From assembly GCA_963677495.2 (NCBI GenBank), contig CAXXOU010000001.1, positions 922,042 through 986,041 of the forward strand: DNA of 64,000 nt, written 5' to 3'. Position 1 is the first letter of the stretch, and each line of letters opens with the position of its first letter. The position numbers were made by a program, and so were the translations under genes. The notes under the pieces were generated by a model. The model made no database searches and was not told the origin of the DNA. It worked only from the letters and a program-made list of their open reading frames with translations. Of the stretch, positions 1-9,785 are shown in pieces. Source of the DNA: Candidatus Cloacimonadales bacterium. Lineage in GTDB: Bacteria > Cloacimonadota > Cloacimonadia > Cloacimonadales > JAFGVF01.

Positions 1-484
1 GTAGAGCTACTTTCTTTCTGATTCTTTTTAGGTTCACACCTTTGTATGTTTTCTTCTTAAACTTCTTGTATTTCTTTGCATCTATCTGAAAGCCAGATAA
101 ATAATCAAGTTCATGAACTTCAGTGTTATACATTGAACTGAAGGTTTCAGCAAGTCCCTTTATACCCGCAGATTCAGTTGCAGGAGAGGTAATCATGTCA
201 GTTTTATTCTCTGCTAATTGACTGATGGAACTGGACATCTCAGTAACTGCATTTAAAGCGTTAGATGCTATATAACCTTCTCCACCTAAAGCAGATACTT
301 TTAACCAGTTATCTTCATTAGCTATAACATCAACAGATGTGCCTTTTTGTAGCTCTCTAACTGCTGCATAATATGAACCGGGACCTTCTCTTAGAACCAC
401 TCCGGCACGTTTGATTGTAGCCTGATAAGCTGATAATGTTATCGCAAATACCAGCATCAAAATCAATATATTTACTCTTTTCAT
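1..484 (-). CDS. Secreted SH3b-domain protein, 3' end outside the window (not in ORF track)
   Basis: Manual translation from ATG at 484 (ATGA overlap with the cyclase stop): MKRVNILILMLVFAITLSA-YQATIKRAGVVLREGPGSYYAAVRELQKGTSVDVIANEDNWLKV...EGYIASNAL. Signal peptide followed by the SH3b pattern (LRxGPG...W.KV...GYI). Frame stays open to base 1. Confidence 0.8.
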   Translation of the reverse strand, partial: MKRVNILILMLVFAITLSAYQATIKRAGVVLREGPGSYYAAVRELQKGTSVDVIANEDNWLKVSALGGEGYIASNALNAVTEMSSSISQLAENKTDMITSPATESAGIKGLAETFSSMYNTEVHELDYLSGFQIDAKKYKKFKKKTYKGVNLKRIRKKVAL

Positions 485-2586
485 TTAACCTCCATGGTAA
501 AGATACCTTCCCACTCCCCGGGAGGGTTTTCAAGCAAGCTTCTACACCTATTTAGCATAATGCCTGACGGTTTATCGTTAATTTCAGACGTATAAAGCCT
601 ATTAAAAATCTCAGAAGCCTTAAGAAATTCACTGTCAAAATAAAGCTTAAGCGCTTCTTCGTAATCATTTATCCATCCATATTCATTCTTGGAATCAATA
701 GTTTTATTGTCAACAAGTTCATATATAGTTAGTGGTTTAGTCTTACCTTTTAGGATAATTCTATCGAGTTTTCGGAAGAGAAATTCATCCTTTACCTGAT
801 CATAAATGTGTTCACAAATAATGATATTAGTCCGGTAGTATTTATTTATGCTTTCCAACCTGGAAGCTATGTTAACGGTATCTCCGATCACTGTATAATC
901 CATTCTGGATGGAGAACCAATATTACCGGCAATCAATTTACCGGTTGCGATTCCTATTCTTGTATTAAGATGTAGTTCATCTGAAAGTTCAAGATTACCT
1001 TTCTTCTTCAAATCCTTATTATGTTGTATATGTTGTATAGCCATATTACAGGCATTGTAAGCATAATCTGAGGTCTGCTTCGCTTGAATAGGAACACCGA
1101 ATACAGCAAGAATTCCATCACCTAGATACGCTTCAAGTAGACCGTTATTACCGGTGATTCTATCACCCATTACTGTGAAATATTTATTCAGTATTTCCAC
1201 TAGCTTACGTGGTTCTGTTTTCTCGGTTAAAGTGGTAAAATTATAGACATCACTGAACATTACTGCTGCCCTTACCTCTTCTCCACCTAAGTCGATTAGG
1301 TTTGGGTTTTTCTCTAACTCTTTTAAAATCTCTCTACTTATGTATCTGCTAAACATGTTTCTAATCTTCAGCCGTTCTTTATACTCTTTAGCAAAAGATA
1401 AGAATGTGAAGCTTAGCATGTAGATGATATATACTACTAGTATTTGAGGAATCGGAAGAATATATCGAGTACTGATCCAAACAGAATAAGCAATCAGAAC
1501 TATCAGTGTTGTAATAATCAAACTAAGAACAAGTGGTTTGGCAAAACTATCCCGATTTGTCAACCACACCAGTAACACTAAAAATAATGATATGATTATA
1601 ACAGTAACAAATGATGATGCAAAACGGATATGGTCATCAGTAACAAGGTTAGTATAAAGCGTTGCCCACGCTTCTATTCCCGGTTTTTGCACACCTAATG
1701 GTGTGTGCTTTAGATCATTTAAACCATCAGCTGTTGCACCAATCATCACAACTGCGTTATCAAAGTATCCTGAAGGTATTGTCGGTTCACCACCGTATTT
1801 CATAGCTATAGCACTTTGTAAGACAGCTTTTATCGGACAGTACATGAAATCTTCATTATACCAGTTTAGGTGGTAGGATCCTTGTTTTTGTGGGACTTTA
1901 AATAAATCTTCTCGTTTAATATGTCTTTCAACTTCAGTAACCGGATAGGATGGTATAATGAAGTTACTGCCATTTTCTTTCAGAATGCTATAGATAGGTA
2001 TCTCTCTAAGAATCCCATCTTTGTCGCTTTGAACGTTAATGGAAACAACACCTTTAGCAGCATTGTAAAGAGTATCAATAGGCATGTTAGCACTGTAATA
2101 CTCATGGAAATTGTATATGTTTTTATTAATAGTTTTGTAGTTAGTAAGAGAGCGCCCTATCTCTTTCGCTTCAGTCGATAACTGAGTTGCTAAATATACA
2201 TTCCCGTGCTTTCTCATAGCATCGGCAAAGGTTTTATCGTATTCACCACTTTCAGCTTCTGAAGTTTCTCTACTTTCATCATAGAAAAGAATATCGAAAA
2301 GAACTGCCTTACTGTTCTCAGCTTTCAAATAATCAACTATATGAGCATAGAAATCACGGGGCCATGGATATGCATAGGATGTGTTCTTTCGAACATAATC
2401 AAGACTACTATTGTCAATTGTTACAATAATTACCTTTGTTGAATCGGGAATCTTATGGCTCCCAACCTTCAATAGGTTATCAGATATTGAGTCATCCAGA
2501 GAGTTGTTAACACCAAATCCGATTAGAAGTAGTAATACTCCCAACGTAATCTGTAATGCTCTTGTGTTTGTATACTTAAGTTTCAT
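481..2586 (-). CDS. CHASE2-domain class III adenylate/guanylate cyclase
   Basis: CHASE2 motifs (IIVTID, YPWPR, FDILF, DKDGILR, PGIE), three TM helices, and cyclase motifs FSDVYNFT, YLGDGILAVFG, RIGIATG, GNIGS..RMDYTVIGDTVNIASRLE, LKGK. Confidence 0.93.
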   Translation of the reverse strand: MKLKYTNTRALQITLGVLLLLIGFGVNNSLDDSISDNLLKVGSHKIPDSTKVIIVTIDNSSLDYVRKNTSYAYPWPRDFYAHIVDYLKAENSKAVLFDILFYDESRETSEAESGEYDKTFADAMRKHGNVYLATQLSTEAKEIGRSLTNYKTINKNIYNFHEYYSANMPIDTLYNAAKGVVSINVQSDKDGILREIPIYSILKENGSNFIIPSYPVTEVERHIKREDLFKVPQKQGSYHLNWYNEDFMYCPIKAVLQSAIAMKYGGEPTIPSGYFDNAVVMIGATADGLNDLKHTPLGVQKPGIEAWATLYTNLVTDDHIRFASSFVTVIIISLFLVLLVWLTNRDSFAKPLVLSLIITTLIVLIAYSVWISTRYILPIPQILVVYIIYMLSFTFLSFAKEYKERLKIRNMFSRYISREILKELEKNPNLIDLGGEEVRAAVMFSDVYNFTTLTEKTEPRKLVEILNKYFTVMGDRITGNNGLLEAYLGDGILAVFGVPIQAKQTSDYAYNACNMAIQHIQHNKDLKKKGNLELSDELHLNTRIGIATGKLIAGNIGSPSRMDYTVIGDTVNIASRLESINKYYRTNIIICEHIYDQVKDEFLFRKLDRIILKGKTKPLTIYELVDNKTIDSKNEYGWINDYEEALKLYFDSEFLKASEIFNRLYTSEINDKPSGIMLNRCRSLLENPPGEWEGIFTMEVK

Positions 2587-2753
2587 ATTTTTCCTTTATC
2601 AACTTAAACAACTATCACTGATTTATGGCAATCTTTTTATTTTATGACATTACCTTTGCAATGTCGCAGACCATGCAAATTCTCATCGTAGGACACGCTG
2701 CCAGCTTGTCCGCTTAGTGCAGCTTAGCTATTCCACTGACGTTAACTAGTAAG

Positions 2754-2777
2754 AATTACTAAAGCTCTTTAGTAATT
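2754..2777. promoter_or_regulatory. Perfect 11-bp-arm palindrome, possible operator upstream of the cyclase operon
   Basis: AATTACTAAAG-CT-CTTTAGTAATT, about 170 bp upstream of the cyclase start. Function is inferred only. Confidence 0.3.
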
Positions 2778-2805
2778 ATAATCAGGTTTTGCATTGGTGA
2801 ATCCA

Positions 2806-3157
2806 GTTCCAAAGGAGTGATCGTTTAATAGCCTCATACGACAACTTGTCGCTTGGGGTTAAAGACCTCGGACATTGTTTTAGCCTTGAAGGGGCGTAAG
2901 GAGCCTCAATGTGTTAATCTTTCACCCCTATAGGGCTACAATCTTCTTTTATTACATTACCACATGCCCAAGCATGTGGCTATTGAGCAGACACCTCTTC
3001 AAGGCAAAAGAACGCTCTTCAAGCTGTGGGCAGGCAAGCTGCATGCCCTACAACACAGCCCTAAATGGGCTAAATATGAATAGCCCCGGGTTTTATGAAC
3101 CCGGGGTCAAGTACCCACCCCCCAAAAAAACCTTAGAACCCTGAAGGGGTTCAACGC
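2806..3157. repeat. REP/REPIN-like hairpin repeat family A, copy 1
   Basis: Units of type ...TAATAGCC-hairpin-...AGCC(C/T)TGAAGGGGCG in inverted and direct arrangement. Closely matches 3905-4088 plus 6449-6668, and 21804-21978. Confidence 0.85.
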
Positions 3158-3468
3158 TTTCAGGACAACGAAAATGATGCTCTAAAGAATCGCTCCAAAC
3201 TATTGAAGAAAGGACGCCCAGATTGGTAAACTGCTACACCTATTTCGCTCTCACTCCTCTGCCATAATTATTAATCTACAGATATCGCTACCCAATCAAA
3301 TTCGAGTCCAAAACCTGTTAAAGAATAACTACATTTGAATAGGGTTTCAATAGGAGTCTCCTATCTGAGTGTTAAAGATTGTAACAGAGCAGTGACAGTT
3401 TCATGATGTTGAGATGCCATTAAAAATTTTCTCATTTTATTCTGACGGATCTCTGCAAAAAGTCAGAA

Positions 3469-3563
3469 ATCCACCCCTATTTTGCTCCCGCCCCTCCCCC
3501 GGACCTCTCGGGGATAGGCGGGAGAGGTCCCCGAGTGGTCCCGGAGAGGAGCAGGGGTGGATA
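3469..3563. repeat. GC-rich multi-hairpin element
   Basis: Outer arms ATCCACCCCT/AGGGGTGGAT. Internal complementary pairs GGACCTCTC/GAGAGGTCC, CTCGGGGA/TCCCCGAG and CTCCCGCC/GGCGGGAG. Confidence 0.55.
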
Positions 3564-3789
3564 CTTCACTTTCGGTTGACCTTGCACAGACTAATTTCTG
3601 CCGAATTGCTCTTGAGCAATAAAAACAGAGCGGAAATACTATGCTCACAATTATCTTATTTAATTCTCACTTCTCAAGTGGGTGTTATGTCGGATTTGAG
3701 TGGGGATTGAGTGAGTGATGAGTGAGAATTGCTCATGGGAGTAACGTGGGAATAAAGAGAAAAAGGCACATGAATTTCAGATATTCTAT

Positions 3790-4088
3790 CACCCCTTCAG
3801 GGTGTGTCTTAATATTGTGATGATTCCCATACGCTATCGCATATGGCTAATTGAACTTATACTTCTTCGAAGTAACAACATCTTCGAAGTAACAACTGCC
3901 TTTTCACTCTGAAAGAGTGATTGTTTAATAGCCCCATGCGACTTGTCGCTTGGGGTTAAAGTTCACAGATATTAGTTTAGCCCTGAAGGGGCGTAGGGAG
4001 CCTCAATGTGTTAAACTTACGCCCCTATAGGGCTACACTCTTCTTCTATTACACTACCACATGCCAAAGCATGTGGCTATTGACTTAC
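3790..4088. repeat. REP-like family A, copy 2, left part (interrupted by IS21)
   Basis: TAATAGCCCCATGCGACTTGTCGCTTGGGG...AGCCCTGAAGGGGCG...CGCCCCTATAGGGCT...CCACATGCCAAAGCATGTGGCTATTG. Continues at 6449. Confidence 0.85.
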
Positions 4089-4186
4089 TGTCAATGGCAG
4101 TGAGAAATGGTACACGATGGCAGTGAAAAGTGGTACAAAACTGCCAACCTTTAAAAATGACTACTTCAAGACAGTTTGGAGTAGGT

Positions 4187-5662
4187 ATGATTGGAGTAGA
4201 AGTGTATCATTCAATAAAAACTATGCATAAGCAAGGGCATAGTCAGCGTAAGATCGCAGAGGAGTTGTCTCTATCAAAGACAACAGTAGGTAAATACATA
4301 AATATGACACTTGATGAGTTCATGGAACTAATAAACAATAGCATTCGTGAAAGCAGTTTTGCCATATGTGAGCAATATGTCCGCGAAAGGCTTAGCAAAT
4401 ATCCACGATTAAGAGCTAGTGTACTATATTTAGAAGTTAAGAAAAAGTTCCCTGAGATAAAAGCAAAAGACAGAGCTTTCCGAGATTTTGTTCGTAAGCT
4501 AAAGCAGACTTATCCTGTCGATAAATACCGTAATTATGCAGTAATCGAGACGGCTCCCGGTGTTCAGGTTCAAGTTGATCCAGGTGAGATGAAAGTAGTT
4601 TTGGGTAATAAACGTCAAAGAGTTTATTTTATAGTTTTTGTGCTTTCCCACTCGCGTCAAAGCTATGTCCATTGGAGCACAACACCATATAACACATCAA
4701 GGTTTATTGAAGCTCATCGTGAAGCTTTTATCTATTTTGAAGGTATCCCTTCAGAGTGTGTTTACGACCAGACAAAGCTTGTAGTAATACAGGAACGCTA
4801 TCGGGAAGTAATCTTAAATAATCAGTTCCATCAGTTTGCAGCAAAAACGGGCTTTCATCCTCATGTATGCGAAGGCTATGATCCACAAAGCAAGGGTAAA
4901 GTAGAGCGTAATGTCTCAGAAGTAAAGCATGGCTTTATGTATGGCAAAGAGTTCAAAGACCTGGCAGACCTGCGTTCACGCGGACTTGAGTGGCTTTTAC
5001 ACTTTAACGGCAGAACCCATGGCACAACCCGTAAAGTACCATCAGAAGTATGGCAAGAAGAGAGGTTAAAGCTAAAAGATATTCCAGAGTTTATCTTCAC
5101 TTTAGAAGTTCGTAATGCAGATAAAACAGGCTTAATCTCGTATGAGGGTAATAAGTACTCTGTTCCATTAGAGTATCAGCGAAAACAGGTATATGTGCAA
5201 AAAGAAAAGAGCACTTTAGTGGTGATGGATATTTATACAAGAAAGGAAATCTGCCAACATGAGCTATGCACAGAAAAAGGCAAAATCATCAAAAACACTA
5301 ATCATTATCGGGATTTTACGGTAGTGCTACAAGAGCTTATTGAGCGAGTAAAGGATGAGATGAGTGAATATATCCAAGGAGAAGAACTAATCCAGAGGCT
5401 TGTTAATGATAACCCTAAAATAGCAAGGGATCAGTTGAGAGCCTTAAGCAAGTTTAAGCGTAACTATGAAACAGATGTATGGGAGTCAGTGCTTCCTGAG
5501 GTAATGACTCTTTCGCATGTAAAGGCAACAGCCATAGAGAAGCTTCTGAATGCAAAAGTAAGACAAATGAAGCTAAATGAATTATCAGAATCAGAACCAC
5601 AACAAGACTCAGAGAGTTCATTAATAGAGCGCTCATTAGATGACTACATGAAGGTGTTATAA
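4187..5662 (+). CDS. istA: IS21 transposase IstA (DDE)
   Basis: N-terminal HTH (SQRKIAEELSLSKTTV.KY), ETAPGVQVQVD, F.YFEGIP..CVYD, PQSKGKVER, R.HGTT, NKYSVP. ATG 4187 follows GGAGTAGG and is preferred over the track start, which lies inside the left inverted repeat. Confidence 0.95.
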   Translation: MIGVEVYHSIKTMHKQGHSQRKIAEELSLSKTTVGKYINMTLDEFMELINNSIRESSFAICEQYVRERLSKYPRLRASVLYLEVKKKFPEIKAKDRAFRDFVRKLKQTYPVDKYRNYAVIETAPGVQVQVDPGEMKVVLGNKRQRVYFIVFVLSHSRQSYVHWSTTPYNTSRFIEAHREAFIYFEGIPSECVYDQTKLVVIQERYREVILNNQFHQFAAKTGFHPHVCEGYDPQSKGKVERNVSEVKHGFMYGKEFKDLADLRSRGLEWLLHFNGRTHGTTRKVPSEVWQEERLKLKDIPEFIFTLEVRNADKTGLISYEGNKYSVPLEYQRKQVYVQKEKSTLVVMDIYTRKEICQHELCTEKGKIIKNTNHYRDFTVVLQELIERVKDEMSEYIQGEELIQRLVNDNPKIARDQLRALSKFKRNYETDVWESVLPEVMTLSHVKATAIEKLLNAKVRQMKLNELSESEPQQDSESSLIERSLDDYMKVL

Positions 5663-5663
5663 G

Positions 5664-6395
5664 ATGATAGAGATAACTAAAACATACATCAAAAGGGCTC
5701 GTTGTACTCATATTTTGAATACTCTTGAAAGTGCAGTTTTAGAAGCAGAGAAACAGAATATGACTTATCTGGAGTTCGTACATTATCTATTTGAAAAAGA
5801 GAACTCAGGAAGGAATCAAACCAATATCAACAGAAGACTTAAACAGGCTCACATCCCGGTAATAAAGACCTTTGATGAGTTCGACTATGCTTATCAACAA
5901 GTAATAACCAAAAGACAAGTAAAGGAGTGGAAGAACTTTGTCTGGCTGGAGCAGAGGAGGAATATAATTTTAATGGGACCTCCGGGAGTAGGTAAGACTC
6001 ATGTTGCAACAGCACTCAGTTATGAAGCAATAAAGGCAGGATATAAGGTGGTGTTTTATAATCTGAACAACCTTATCGAAGAACTTGTACTAGCTGAAGC
6101 AGATAACAACATAGATAAATATCTAAGCAATATAGCCAAGAATGATCTGATAGTTATAGATGAGATGGGGTATCTTCCTCTCCAGACAAAGGCAGCTAAT
6201 CTGTTCTTTAGACTCATCCATCTCTTATACGAATTTAGATCAGTAATCATAACATCGAATAGGTTGTTTAATGAATGGGGAGCTATTTTTAACGACAATG
6301 TGATAGCAACTGCTATTCTTGATAGATTACTCCATCACTCACAACCAATTACAATGCTCGGAGACAGCTTTAGACTAAGGAATTTTCAAAAATGA
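5664..6395 (+). CDS. istB: IS21 helper ATPase IstB
   Basis: Walker A GPPGVGKTH, Walker B LIVIDEMGY, and IITSN, AILDRLLHH, GDSFR. Confidence 0.96.
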   Translation: MIEITKTYIKRARCTHILNTLESAVLEAEKQNMTYLEFVHYLFEKENSGRNQTNINRRLKQAHIPVIKTFDEFDYAYQQVITKRQVKEWKNFVWLEQRRNIILMGPPGVGKTHVATALSYEAIKAGYKVVFYNLNNLIEELVLAEADNNIDKYLSNIAKNDLIVIDEMGYLPLQTKAANLFFRLIHLLYEFRSVIITSNRLFNEWGAIFNDNVIATAILDRLLHHSQPITMLGDSFRLRNFQK

Positions 6396-6448
6396 AGACT
6401 GTACCATTTTTAAATGCCAAACTGTACCAATTTAAAATGCCATTGACA

Positions 6449-6668
6449 GACTTACGCCTTTTCAAGGCTAAAGCAGGCTCTTCAAGCTATGTGCAAGTGA
6501 GGACACTCGCACTACTTTTACAACAACATCTTGTCACTAACGAGGATACAGCATGCTGTATCCCTACAATATAGCCCTAAATGGGCTAAATATGAATAGC
6601 CCCGGGTTTTGTGAACCCGGGGTCATATACCCAAAAGATCATTAGAACCATGAAGGGGTTCAACGATT
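6449..6668. repeat. REP-like family A, copy 2, right part
   Basis: GCCTTTTCAAGGCTA...AGCCCTAAATGGGCTAAATATGAATAGCCCCGGGTTTT.TGAACCCGGGGTCA...GAAGGGGTTCAACG, matching 2994-3157. Confidence 0.85.
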
Positions 6669-6670
6669 CC

Positions 6671-6700
6671 TTGACAAAGAAAATGATGCTACTTAAATAA
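6671..6700 (+). pseudogene. Last nine codons plus stop of a lost CTD gene (LTKKMMLLK*)
   Basis: TTGACAAAGAAAATGATGCTACTTAAATAA is nearly identical to 22354-22383, the end of a longer CTD remnant, and is followed by the same 3' spacer and terminator. Confidence 0.7.
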
Positions 6701-6751
6701 ACCTTTAGAATGGTCTTTTGACCTTCTAAATGGTTGATTAGATATTAATAT

Positions 6752-6775
6752 GGGCAGGCTTGCCTGCCCTTTTTT
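6752..6775 (+). terminator. Intrinsic terminator (orphaned from the lost CTD gene)
   Basis: GGGCAGGC-TT-GCCTGCCC-TTTTTT. Confidence 0.7.
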
Positions 6776-6854
6776 AGATTTTGGAGAGCATCGCCTATGT
6801 CGATGCTCTTGATTTGACATAGTCAATTATCTCCATATTAACAAAGCAGGTCTT

Positions 6855-9287
6855 ATGAAAAAAATAATATTAGCTATATTATTTATCGTATCAGTAATAT
6901 TTCTTAATGCATTAGTAAGAGAAGTATCGCTAGATGGTTCTCATCAATTCACTAGTATCCAATCAGCAATTGATTATGCTGCTGATGGTGATACAGTCCT
7001 TGTGTACCCCGGTAGATATTTTGAGAATATAGCAGTAATTGAGAAAGAACTCAAGATTTTAAGTCATTATGTAATATCCAATACCTGGGATGATGTTTTG
7101 AATACTGTAATTGATGCTAATTCATTATCTAATTGCTTGCGAGTAGAAAGTAACGCTATTGTTACATTTAATGGATTCATGCTGGAAAATGGTATCGGAC
7201 ATTTCTACAGTATAAGTTATGGCTATGGAGGTGGGGTATCTGTGTACGATGATAGTACTCTGAACTTAAGCAATTGTGTTATTCAAAACAATGAAGCTAC
7301 AGTTGCCGGTGGTGTTGGAGTAACTGATTGGTGCACATTGAACTTATCCGGAACAATTATTAGGAATAATAAATCAGTTTATCGTGGTGGTGGGCTGGGT
7401 TCTTATGGAGGGATAATCAATTTTAGTGAAGAAAACCCTTGTAGTATCTATAACAATTATGGTGATATACAAGATATTTATATGAGTGGAGTGTTATCAA
7501 GTACAATCTATCTCGACACATTGAGTTTAAATATTACTGAGCCTGATGGTTATTTTGTTTCATATTACTCAAGTAGTGGTCATCCTTCTCCTGCTGTTTC
7601 AGTGCAAAACGCCTATTACAATCAGATTGATGCTGATTTGTATGTATCATCGGACGGTGCTGACAGTAACGACGGTCTAACCCCTGAAACTGCACTAAGG
7701 ACTATAGCCTATGCAAATCGTTTGGTTCAACCTGATAGTATTGATACTAACACCGTGCACATATTACCGGGGACTTATAGCACTGAGCTGAATAATCAGT
7801 TTTTCCCAATTGCTATTCAATCCAATACTAATATGATTGGTACAGGGAATGGACCTGAAGAGGTAGTCATTGGTGATGAATGGGGTATGAATCAGATAAT
7901 CCCAAGGTATTCAGAAAACATTGAAATCGCTAATATGTTAATACATCGTGCAAATGAAGATACTGACTTTTCATTGGGTGCTGGAAGGTGCAATAATCTA
8001 TATATTCATGACATCATACTACAAGAGAACAATAACGAGGAACCCGGGGTTGCTATAAGTTCATGTTCAGATGTACTCATTGAAAATGTTACTGTTCAAG
8101 ATATAGATAACAATCGAGATGGACTAAGATGTATTAAGATTAACGAATGCAATAATGTGACTCTTAACAACATAATTGTTGATAATATCTATAATATGAA
8201 TAATGATGGGTTTAATATATATTTCTATATGTCAAAGAGTCAAGTAATGGCAAATAATATATCAATAACCAATTGTTTTGAGAATGCAACAGGGAGGATG
8301 TTCCAGTTTGGAAATTCGAGTACAAACGGTAATCCTGAAGGTAGTATCCATCTGAATAACCTGCTCTTCTATAATAATCAAGCTTTATCCAACGAATCTA
8401 CATTGCTTGGGTTTTCTTCTCGATTCAACGATAACTATATTAATAATGTTTCTATTGTACATAATTTCATACCCTCAATTATTACTGCCTTTGTGGGAAA
8501 CTTTACTGTGAGAAATGGTATATTCTATAATCCAAATGTTGGCTGTGAGATAGAGATTTGGGAACCTGCCAATGGAGATCCAACACCATTATGGTCGAAT
8601 GTAGACTTAGATTATAACCTTATTAGAAACGGATTAGCAGGAATCCCGGGAGCAGACAATCCCAATAACAATGTATTATGGGGTGATCATAATATAAATG
8701 CTAATCCAATGTTTAGAGGAGATGTAGAAGGTGATATACCTTTGGGAGACCCGAGATGGGTGCAACTGACAGAGAACTCACCATGTGTGAATGCAGGAAC
8801 TCCTGATACACTTGGTATGAATCTACCGGCTTTGGATATAACAGGTAACCCGAGAGTGTGGGGGGATATCATTGATATGGGTGCACATGAGTATAATCCT
8901 ACAGTTGAGAATAGTGATGAAACAGCACCAACCCCACCAGCAACGATACAGGTGTCTCATTTCCCTAATCCTGTGACACCGAATGGAAACAATGGCAAGG
9001 TAGCATTCATAGAGTTTACACTTCCAAAGAAACCAATCGAGAAACCAACGTTAGAGATATACAATATCAAAGGTCAGAAGGTTAGAGATTTGAAGATAAC
9101 TCAGAGTTTTTCACAACTGGTTAGAAGTGCAGGTTTGTCATCAGAAGATAAGCAGACTGGGGAGCACTACTCTAAGATTTGGGATTGTAAGGATAATAAT
9201 CGTAAGACAGTAGCTTCAGGGATATACTTCTACAAGGTAAGTTGTGAGGGTGAAGAGGCTATTGGTAGGATGATGGTGGTGAAGTAG
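6855..9287 (+). CDS. Secreted right-handed beta-helix (DUF1565/pectin-lyase-like) protein with choice-of-anchor-Q-like segment and variant T9SS/FlgD-type CTD
   Basis: Signal peptide; SIQSAID..ADGDTVLVYPGRY.E; GGG(V/L) repeats; LYVS..G.D.NDGLTPETAL.TI; SPCVNAG...D..GNPR....IDMGAHEY; CTD FPNP...IYNIKGQKV...ASGIYFY...MMVVK. Confidence 0.85.
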   Translation: MKKIILAILFIVSVIFLNALVREVSLDGSHQFTSIQSAIDYAADGDTVLVYPGRYFENIAVIEKELKILSHYVISNTWDDVLNTVIDANSLSNCLRVESNAIVTFNGFMLENGIGHFYSISYGYGGGVSVYDDSTLNLSNCVIQNNEATVAGGVGVTDWCTLNLSGTIIRNNKSVYRGGGLGSYGGIINFSEENPCSIYNNYGDIQDIYMSGVLSSTIYLDTLSLNITEPDGYFVSYYSSSGHPSPAVSVQNAYYNQIDADLYVSSDGADSNDGLTPETALRTIAYANRLVQPDSIDTNTVHILPGTYSTELNNQFFPIAIQSNTNMIGTGNGPEEVVIGDEWGMNQIIPRYSENIEIANMLIHRANEDTDFSLGAGRCNNLYIHDIILQENNNEEPGVAISSCSDVLIENVTVQDIDNNRDGLRCIKINECNNVTLNNIIVDNIYNMNNDGFNIYFYMSKSQVMANNISITNCFENATGRMFQFGNSSTNGNPEGSIHLNNLLFYNNQALSNESTLLGFSSRFNDNYINNVSIVHNFIPSIITAFVGNFTVRNGIFYNPNVGCEIEIWEPANGDPTPLWSNVDLDYNLIRNGLAGIPGADNPNNNVLWGDHNINANPMFRGDVEGDIPLGDPRWVQLTENSPCVNAGTPDTLGMNLPALDITGNPRVWGDIIDMGAHEYNPTVENSDETAPTPPATIQVSHFPNPVTPNGNNGKVAFIEFTLPKKPIEKPTLEIYNIKGQKVRDLKITQSFSQLVRSAGLSSEDKQTGEHYSKIWDCKDNNRKTVASGIYFYKVSCEGEEAIGRMMVVK

Positions 9288-9289
9288 GA

Positions 9290-9785
9290 AGAAGTGAATC
9301 GCAATGTAGTGTGATTCGCTAATTCAGATAGAGGTTCAACCAGACAACTTATTCCCGCCCCACACTTCGTTGCGGCCTGTCAGGGCGTAGATTTTAAGCG
9401 AAGACTGATGCAAGTCCGATGTTACGTGACAAGACAAACCGACATAGTCGGTTAACTCCATAATATTGCAGATTTCGTTCTCGCGTCACGCTGACTCTGC
9501 AACGCAAGTCCGAGATCCCAATACTACCTTTTCAATGGTCCAAAGACCTTGAAAATGGTACTCTTGCAATGTATCAATAACTTCTTTGAACTACGCAATT
9601 CCCCAAACTCCCGTTGGTCATACAGGTGACCGCTTCGCAAACATCAACTACTCCGAGTTGCACCATCTCAAGGTCTGCGACCATTAAGAAGGTACAGATA
9701 TTCCTGCCATTTCATTCTTACCTCAAGAACCTTCGCTTATCAGCTACTGCTTCTCAGGCACTATCGTTGCGGTGCAGGTTTGAAA
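9290..9785. repeat. Cluster of mixed short hairpin repeats
   Basis: Modules shared with 21600-21790 and 25100-25535, e.g. TGCACCAT..CAAGGTCTGCGACCATT, GTGACAAGAC..ACC.ACAT..AGT.GGT..ACTCCATA, CACACT.CGTTGCGG..TGCAAGT. Confidence 0.75.

Larger units (their letters stand above)
4089..6448 (+). mobile_element. Complete IS21-family insertion sequence (2360 bp)
   Basis: Ends TGTCAATGGCA... (4089) and ...TGCCATTGACA (6448), each with two tandem TGGCA..TGGTACA repeats. 7-bp direct repeat GACTTAC at 4082-4088 and 6449-6455. Contains istA and istB. Confidence 0.96.

Noticed and set aside
3469..3563. SRP RNA or tRNA
   Set aside because: No SRP helix-8 motif in the proper stem context, and no cloverleaf or T-loop pattern.
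2911..3710. Short ORFs 2911-3144, 3414-3710 and 3463-3648
   Set aside because: They run through repeats and hairpins, lack an RBS and show no protein-like motifs.
6392..6574. 60-aa ORF after istB
   Set aside because: It spans the right inverted repeat of the IS and the flanking REP sequence, so it is a chance frame.
9290..9785. Integron attC cassette array
   Set aside because: No integron integrase is present and the hairpins lack consistent RYYYAAC/GTTRRRY ends flanking ORFs.
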